Source: Auanema rhodensis
Taxonomy: Eukaryota > Animalia > Nematoda
Length of the DNA stretch: 64,000 bases
Assembly: GCA_964057225.1 (NCBI GenBank)
Contig: OZ059898.1
Location: forward strand, 9,052,001 to 9,116,000
Direction: 5' to 3'
Below are positions 51,301-64,000 of the stretch, one piece after another (the stretch's first letter is position 1; the number at the start of each line of letters is the position of its first letter). A model generated the notes under the pieces. It worked only from the letters and a program-made list of their open reading frames with translations, made no database searches and was not told the DNA's origin. A program made the position numbers and the translations under genes.

Positions 51301-52771
51301 CTTCATGCTTTCCGTTATCTCCGTTGTTCTCCTTGAAATTTCTATTTCTTTCGATCTCTCATTAAATATCATGGTTTGTTTCATATCTTGTTATATTTCC
51401 TCTTTTTCAGTCTTTTTTTTTTCGTTTTTTAAGACTTCAACTAACTTGAAAACTCCAGCTTAATGGTTTCAGGAAGAAAATAATATCTACTTATTTGACT
51501 CAAAATCATTTCTTCATTTTCTTCTTATGTTTCGTATAACCATAAATGCATATATATTCGCTTATCTTTTATTGTTTGTTTCAATGCTATTGTTTTCTCA
51601 GATAATTGTATTTTTTACATAAACCTTATGCACTTCAACATGTCCCTTGTTTCCATATTTTCCTATTTTCCTTTCATTGACGCTCTCGACATCTCGCCTT
51701 CTCGTCGACGCCAAAACGACCCCCAGCGTTTTCTTTTCCAATATATACACACACAGATTCGCATTGATCTTTCCAGGACCGAATGCCATTCAATAGACTA
51801 TCCTCCCTTAGGCCACTTTGCAACTCTTCCCAGATCCCGAGCGGCATAGAAGTCCGTGCCTTACTGAACAAGAGAAAGGAAGACAGAACGCACGAAATGG
51901 AAGACGAGAGCATGGATGCTCAAGAAAGCTGCTTTTCTCATAGACGGACTTCAGCTGGAAAAGGCAGTAGTACCCTAAGGACTTTGTCCTTCTCTTCAAT
52001 GAAGCCGACTAACTCTTCCGAATGCACTTATCAACTGATCTCTCTTGTTCCAAGGCACATATAGTATAGATCAGTAATCTTTTCATATCCGTTCTTTCAT
52101 TCGTGCATATGTCCTTTTTCTGAACATTCATGAATAGTATCGGCTGTTGTATATCTAGAGTACATCTTGAGCGCATATTTGGCATAGAAAGCTGTTTCGT
52201 GTTACGTACCAAAAGCTGCTCGATTTTCTCACAATACTGGCGAGCTTTCTATAAGGATATCAATGCATCGAGTAAAAGTGACTTTTTTAAGATGATTAGA
52301 AATGAATGGAAGATATTTCTCTTGTCTCCAGAGACACTTGTCCTAATCTGAGGCCCTTGGCCAGCACTAGCCACCCTCGCCAATCGATATTTGGTCGCAA
52401 TATATCGTTTCCTGAGGGACATACCTCATCATTCCGGGCGTGGCTGACTCCTTTTTTTCCTTTTTTTCCCATTTACTACTAAGACTTTATTCATAAAACT
52501 TAATTTCACGTTTTCTATTTATGTATAAGTTTTATCAAAGACGCATTTTCTCGTAATTTTGTTTGAACAGCTGTTGCTACACAGCAAATGGAGAGCCAAT
52601 AATTTCCGATCTATTTGTTTAATGTTTATGAAAATTTCTTGTAAGCTGTTTGATTATCATTTCTGAAGTTTCATCTATTATCAAATATCTTCTTTTGATG
52701 TATCTTAGTAATTTGAGCACAGCAGTGAATTTCACACTATTGCAGATAAGAGCAGGCTATTTACATAAGAT

Positions 52772-55100
52772 ATGACAGAAGAAGCCTACGTAATCGTGAA
52801 ATACGATTATTTAGCACAAGAAGAACAGGAACTCACAGTAAAAAAAAATGAAAGGCTTAGACTATTAGATGATAGTAAAAATTGGTGGAAAGTATGAGTT
52901 ATTAGTGATAGTATTAATTTTTCTATTTATTACAGGTGATAAATGACAATAATAAAATTGGTTTTGTTCCTAGTAATTATGTAAGACGAGAGTCATTAGT
53001 CGACAAAGCTAAAGGAACTATAAAAGGAATAACAGGAATTGGAAAACCGCGAGCTCCAGATTTTTCAACGGTAAGATAAATAATTTAAATATAAATAATA
53101 GCATTTTTATGAAGATTAATTCTAATAATGAAACTTTTGACTATAAAAATGTTGTTGAAGAGGTCGCAATGTACATGTCTCTTTAATTTTTGTTTGAAAG
53201 GTTCTAGCACACTCTCTGTTATCATGTGGCTTTTGAACAAACATTGCAAACCGTCCTCCCTAGCAAACTAGCTCACATCACCGTATAACTGCACTTTGTG
53301 CTCCAATCGGCATATGTATAATCAATTTTCCTCAAACTTTTCTTAAAAAATCTTTTGCACAGTCTTCTTTATAGTTACTTGCGGAACTTGTAAGCTTTAA
53401 TAATCTTGACCAGGCAGGTTTTCTCTCTTTCTCGAACAGTATTAGTTAAAAGTTGATGAAGTTTCTTTACGCCCTGTTTCATTACTTTTGTTGCTTGTAG
53501 ATACTATTATTTAAAAAAATCAAAGCAACTTCATCTTTATAGCTTCTGTGAAGTCATGTGTTTAAAATTGTTTTGTTTTTTTGTTGAAATTTTAAAACAT
53601 TTTTCTATTGTAATTTCACACGATGAGATTTATATTTTCTTGCTTTTGTTGTCGTTTTTGTATCATTCTATTGAAACTATTGTAAGCTTTTGTGACGAGC
53701 TCTTTTCGTCTAAAGTCGATCTCTGAAGAGCATAGGTTTAGCTTCTGCTGCTTATGTGGTTTTTTCGTTTATTTAAGATCAAGATCTATTTATCGCTTTT
53801 GCAGGAAGTCCCTTCCGCTTTCAATTCTCCTCCTGATCCCCGGCCGGTTTTCTCCACAAATAATAGCTACAACTCAAACGGAACCCAAGGTTTCGGAAAG
53901 GTTTGCAAATTTGGTTTCAAAATTAATTTTATATTTTATGATCATATTATCGATTTGATGTTTAACAAAGTCTTAATCATGCAGCGTCTCTTATCAATGT
54001 TTAAACCATTCATATTACAGTTATCCGGAGCTATGACATCGCGTGCCATAGTAAAGTTTACCTATGAACCACAATTAGAAGATGAATTGGGCCTCACACG
54101 AGGAGAAACTATCAATGTTATTGAAAAGAGCAGTGATGGGTGGTGGAAAGGAGAGGTTAGTTTACTTTTCAAATACTATGAGTCACGACTTTTTTTTAGA
54201 AAAACGGTGTAACTGGGTGGTTCCCTTCTAACTACGTTGACGAGGTTTTGTTTCAATATATGTTTTATATTATTTAGTTTTTTTTAGGAATTACCGAAAG
54301 CTATGTCTAATGGAAATGGAACTGTTGAAAATAAAAAGCCTCAAAATAATATTCCGGTATTCTCTCCTAGTCAAACTAAACCTGCTCCTTCTAAACAAGT
54401 TCTTGAGGTTTGTTACCTTAATTCTTTTTCTAAAAAGATTTTGTTTCTCAGACTGTTGTTGCTTTATATTCTTTTGATGCTTCTACTGGAGAAGAACTTT
54501 CTTTTCGCAAAGGTATTCAGCATTTTAATCGATACATAATGTGTACTCCGATATTTTAGGTGAGAAACTTGACATCGTTGGTCATCCTGCTCATGACCCT
54601 GAGTGGTGGATGGCCCTCAATTCACTCGGGCAAGAAGGATTAGTTCCAAGGAATTATATTGAAGTTTGTTAGTTTTTGTTCAATTGAACTGATTGATTTT
54701 TTTTCAGGTTATGTCAGGTTCTCCTTCCTCGACAGGTGTCGGCAGTCGTGGAGGCCTTCATAATGAAGTTTGGTATTTTGGTCGTCTAACGAGAGATGAA
54801 GCTGATTGTTTATTGATGAAAGGATTACAAGGAGAATTTTTAGTTCGCGATAGTGAAAGCACGGTACGATTTGCATACATTATCTAATGATAATTGAATG
54901 TTTAGCCTGGTGATTTATCAATATCAATGCGTGATATTGGAAGAAACAAGCACTTTAAAGTTCAATCTGTTAATGGAGAGTTACGAATTGGTACTCGAAG
55001 TTTTCCTGATATGAAAACTCTTATTGATCATTACAAAGTTCATCCAATATTCTCATCAGATACAGAAAAACTTCATTTAACAAGACCTTTGCCTAAATAA
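52772..55100 (+). CDS. nck-1: Nck adaptor (SH3-SH3-SH3-SH2), about 11 exons
   Basis: SH3-1 [15 protein letters not shown]...WWKV...GFVPSNYV; SH3-2 [15 protein letters not shown]...DGWWKGE...GWFPSNYV; SH3-3 [16 protein letters not shown]...HDPEWW...GLVPRNYI; SH2 WYFGRLTR...FLVRDSES...KHFKV. Ends RPLPK*. Confidence 0.96.
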
Positions 55101-55829
55101 TGCTGCTTTATGGAATACAAAATACAAAGGTTATTATCGCTCGTATTACAGTTGACCTAACTAGAGTTTTTATTTTTAACATGGCTCAGCTTTTCCGACT
55201 CGGTTATAACAATTCATAGGCAAATTCACTTTATATTTATATTCTTATTCTTTATATTTTTATTTATATTCTTTATATTTAAAGAATTTCTTATTCTTCC
55301 CAAGCGTACGGATCGTCCTGGCACAAAATTTATTTTCCCGTCCCAGATTGAAATGTTTTAACTACATCATTTACTCTTGACCAATCTTTTTCAAATGTCT
55401 GTGGTTTATATGTATATGTATTAACCTTATGTGCCATTATCTTGCAAATACCGATGAACCGTTTATTATTTACTTAATCAGTATATATAATCCGTATTGT
55501 AACGACAAATTATTAAATATATGAGAGAAGATCTAAAAAGAAACGATTTTTCGCAAGAAAATGGGCAATTGACTCTTAGTTGACTGATCAAAATAAACAA
55601 CGGATATCATGCATAAATTTCGAAGAAGGTAGACTTTGGAGGAGGGAATACAAGAAGTTGATGACAATATTGCAGCAACTTGGAAAGAAGTAGACATGAG
55701 CAAGAGGTTAAAATTGTATTTTATTGTTCATATAATGCTGATAGAACTTGAGAAAAGACACAACAATAGCACACTTTTTTGAGATGAAATATATAAATAT
55801 ATTGCATTTGTATGCACCATCATAAAGAT

Positions 55830-60684
<4,855 letters not shown>

Positions 60685-63600
60685 TTCTGCCCTGTTCAGG
60701 TTTAATAATTTCCCGTATTAGGTATTTTGGCACAAATGTCCCCTAACAAATCCTACCTATAAAAAAACAATTACAAATTCAGAAAGTTAAAATAACTATT
60801 AAAAACGGAAAGAAGCATTTCGAATAAGATTCAGACAAGTGCAAACACACGAATTGTCACATTGAAAACAGAACGCATGTTCTGAAGAATCGCCAAAAAC
60901 GGACAAAGAAGCTTTTACAATTTTCACGATCGATCAAACAAATAAAAATTAAAGTTTGAAAGCAAAAAATAAGTTAGCGAAATTATGAGTAAACCGTATA
61001 AAACATTTCAACGAAAAACTACCAAATACAAAGTATTTCAAACTTAACGAAAATTCCAGGCTGAGTTTCGTAAGCAATCTAAATGTGATACTGCTTAATA
61101 ATCAGATGAACAATAAGTTACAGATTTAGGATGCCATCGATTTATCGATTAAAACAAATCTTGAAAGAGAATGAGGAGCATTACAATGCTGTAATTGCTG
61201 TTTTTCATCCGGAACTAATAAACCTTCGGCTACAAGAAATTTAAAAAGTGAACTTAGTATATTTAACTACAGGCATATACGAAGCACATACACATGATAT
61301 TCTATCAATGTCGCTTCGAATTTCCCGCGCATGAGCAATAGACACATGCTGGGTCAAGGCTTTCAGTCTCAATTGATGATTTTCAGAAATCAATGTTTAG
61401 AAATGTATTTAAAACGCTTAAAATACTATATTAATCGTTACCAAAGGTAAAAATATATCAAATAGATTCCGCCCATAGAAAATTAAAATATAATTGCTAT
61501 AAAGCAGAATAAAAATAACGATGCCAATGATACCATAATCAAAAAGTAAGAAAAATAATATCTTAATTGAAAAGAAATCGTTAGTAATGTGTTGATGATT
61601 GGCGCAAATGACGAACATGTCCGAATTTAAATTAAGCTTAATTTTTTTTAAAATAGCTCAACGACGCACAATTCATATTTTGGAGACAGGCCATTAGAAC
61701 TCATGAAGTTTCTGGAGCTTTTAATCATTTGGACTGAAAGATACCCCAGAGAGCTTTAGTGTCATCTCTAGCTAAAGCTTCAGTTTGAAAATGAAGCAGA
61801 CGCCAATCTCGAAAGGGAATTGATGTTACGCATGTGTGTGGTAAAAGGAAAATTGCTGAGATAAGTGCAGAGAGCTTCTGTTCTAAAGTATATTTTTGAA
61901 AAAAATCGAAATGAAATGAAAATATGGGTGACTATTAGATGTCTATACCAAAGTTAAAATATTTTGAAAATAACTATTCATTTTCTTAGACAGTAATTTT
62001 AAGAAAAAAAGGTAAATTAGAATCAGCCAAATAAGCCACAAAAATAAGCTTAGAAATGTCACAATACTTTTATTATACAAACGAAAAATAAATGTGATGT
62101 TCTGATATTATTTCATAATATAATATTTTCTCAGAACAAACTTTGTGCTATTTAGAGTCTGTCAAGCGTAGCTAAAATTTTAAATAAAAAGAAAATGTCC
62201 ATTCAGACTTAAAATGAGGAAAGGTTTTGAACAAGATTTCTAATGTGGGGGTGTAAGGCTGCTGGGGGTTGTTACTGCTGTTGTTTGATTAAACAAGATA
62301 CTGCACCAAACAATCAAATACCTTAACACATTTTAAATAAGAAAACAACATAAATTCAATAATATGCACTGAAAACTGTAAAATTAAACGGTATTCGTTT
62401 TTGAAAATAAAAGAGACTGATAGAAGAAACGTAAAAGAGATGGGGTGCCGGTTGCTTTCGGTCGGTCCGAGGCCGTCGAAGCGATAGACGCAGGGGCGGT
62501 ATGAGAGACCACTCTGTTTTCTCTAGATACTACCCCAACAATCAATGAAGCCAAGCATCCATCTCACAGAACAGGACAATTTCAGGACAACCGTGTCCCT
62601 CTCAAGAAATTCTCTACATATTTCTTTCTTTTGTGTTCTCTTTGAATAGTTTTCATATTTATAGTAGAACGAACATATCTGTTATTTATCATTTCAACAC
62701 TTTACGTGAAGAAATATGCAATTCTGATATAGCACCGGTGAAATCAAAAAATTTAATGGAATTTCGTATATATAAAGCAATTTGTTCACTCTGCTGTATG
62801 ATTATTCAAAACAGACATCACAAGAAAATTCCTAGTTACTCACTTCACTTGTCTGCGTGTCTGCTGCGGTGATACACTCGATCGGTAGTCCAGTGCATAT
62901 AACAGGCCTAGCTGAATAAGGCAAGAGAAGAGTAGACACAGCGCACAGCAAAATTGGTTTCTTCACGAATAGGTCACTGCCCATTTGGCCATCTCTTTCC
63001 TCATTCTTCTTCTACTGGTCCTTCTCATTCTTTTAGCATACCCACAACCATTACTAAAGGCGCGAGAGACAGGGAATGAAGGAGACAGAGAACGAGGGTG
63101 ATGAGAGGAACGAATTATGTTAGTTTCTCTCTCTTTCTCTCCCTCTCTCGCATCCTCTGACCCTTCGTTTTCTGTGATTCAACCTACAGCTGATCTTCTT
63201 CAAACAGAAAATGGGGATTAAGAAGCGGCTTGCGGATTTTCACTTTAAATCGTATTTCTTTTCTTAGATACATTCATTCAACTTCAACTTAACCAATTCT
63301 TCATCTGAATATGCTTATGTTGTTGTTAATATGAATTCTTGTTATTCTCAATTCACTAGAACAATAATAGGGATGATGGCCAGTAAACCTTATGAAATTT
63401 ATGCTTCAACTGCTTCGTAGCATAAGATTCACGCATATATCTATACTATTTAGATATAGAATAGTCATATATGACTCATAGCGTGCTGAGAAACTCAAAG
63501 AGTATCTGTAAACTACATAATAAGATACACGGAGATAGCAATAACAATCAGAAAATAATGCAACAGCGTGAAATCACAACGATAAACTTTCCTTCGTAAT

Positions 63601-64000
63601 TGACAGTTCTAGTTATCAAATTATTGTTCTACATTTTTAACAAAATTATAAATTGTTTAGTTAAATGAATGAACACAAATATAAAGAGAGCACCAGATGT
63701 TACAGAAATAAGACAGTTGAAGACTAAAGATGAGTAACGTATAGCAGAGTCGGTATGATAGGATAGCTAGGGAGAGAAAGGGAGAGGGTCAGCGAAGACA
63801 CATACTTCTTAGTAATCCGATATCTTCTCTGCTGAAGTACAAAATCTTTTCCTAGCATTAATGAAGTTAGTGTATTATTGGAGATATAGAAAAAATTGAA
63901 AAAACAAACAAATTATTGTTAAAATATACACGACGCATGAATGATTTCATAACCAAAAGTAAGCTCTTATGTTGAGAATGTGGGTTTTTACTTAGGAAAC

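Noticed and set aside
61000-64000. Possible gene or RNA gene upstream of mig-15
   Set aside because: Only promoter-like GA/CT tracts were found. No supported exons, tRNA boxes, rRNA, telomeric arrays or CRISPR-like repeats were seen here or elsewhere in the window.

Overview
AT-rich eukaryotic DNA from a rhabditid (clade V) nematode that is not C. elegans. It has about 100 very short (mostly 40-60 nt) introns and unusually relaxed splice sites. The ORF track is mostly uninformative, so I assembled the genes by hand across introns. Positions 1-20 kb hold no recognisable complete gene. This stretch looks like the long regulatory/5' region of a minus-strand gene lying left of the window, and it is strongly enriched in CACGTG E-boxes. 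Positions 20-61 kb hold ten genes in order: a novel secreted protein (-), an ankyrin+patatin iPLA2 (+), a small His-rich membrane protein (-), a secreted WAP-like protein (+), a TASK-type K2P channel twk-20 (-), neuroligin nlg-1 (+), a divergent class A GPCR (-), an Mpv17/PMP22 protein (-), the adaptor nck-1 (+) and the Nck-interacting kinase mig-15 (-). The most notable observations are: (1) nck-1 sits tail-to-tail with the gene for its partner kinase; (2) a hidden alternative first exon would make a kinase-dead MIG-15; (3) the TASK channel carries a natural GYGH-to-GYGN pH-sensor change; (4) a neuroligin cassette exon has a GC donor that is itself an RBFOX site; (5) two convergent genes have stop codons only 4 nt apart; (6) the E-box cluster. 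All gene models are manual and unverified by RNA data. Comparisons to C. elegans are from memory.
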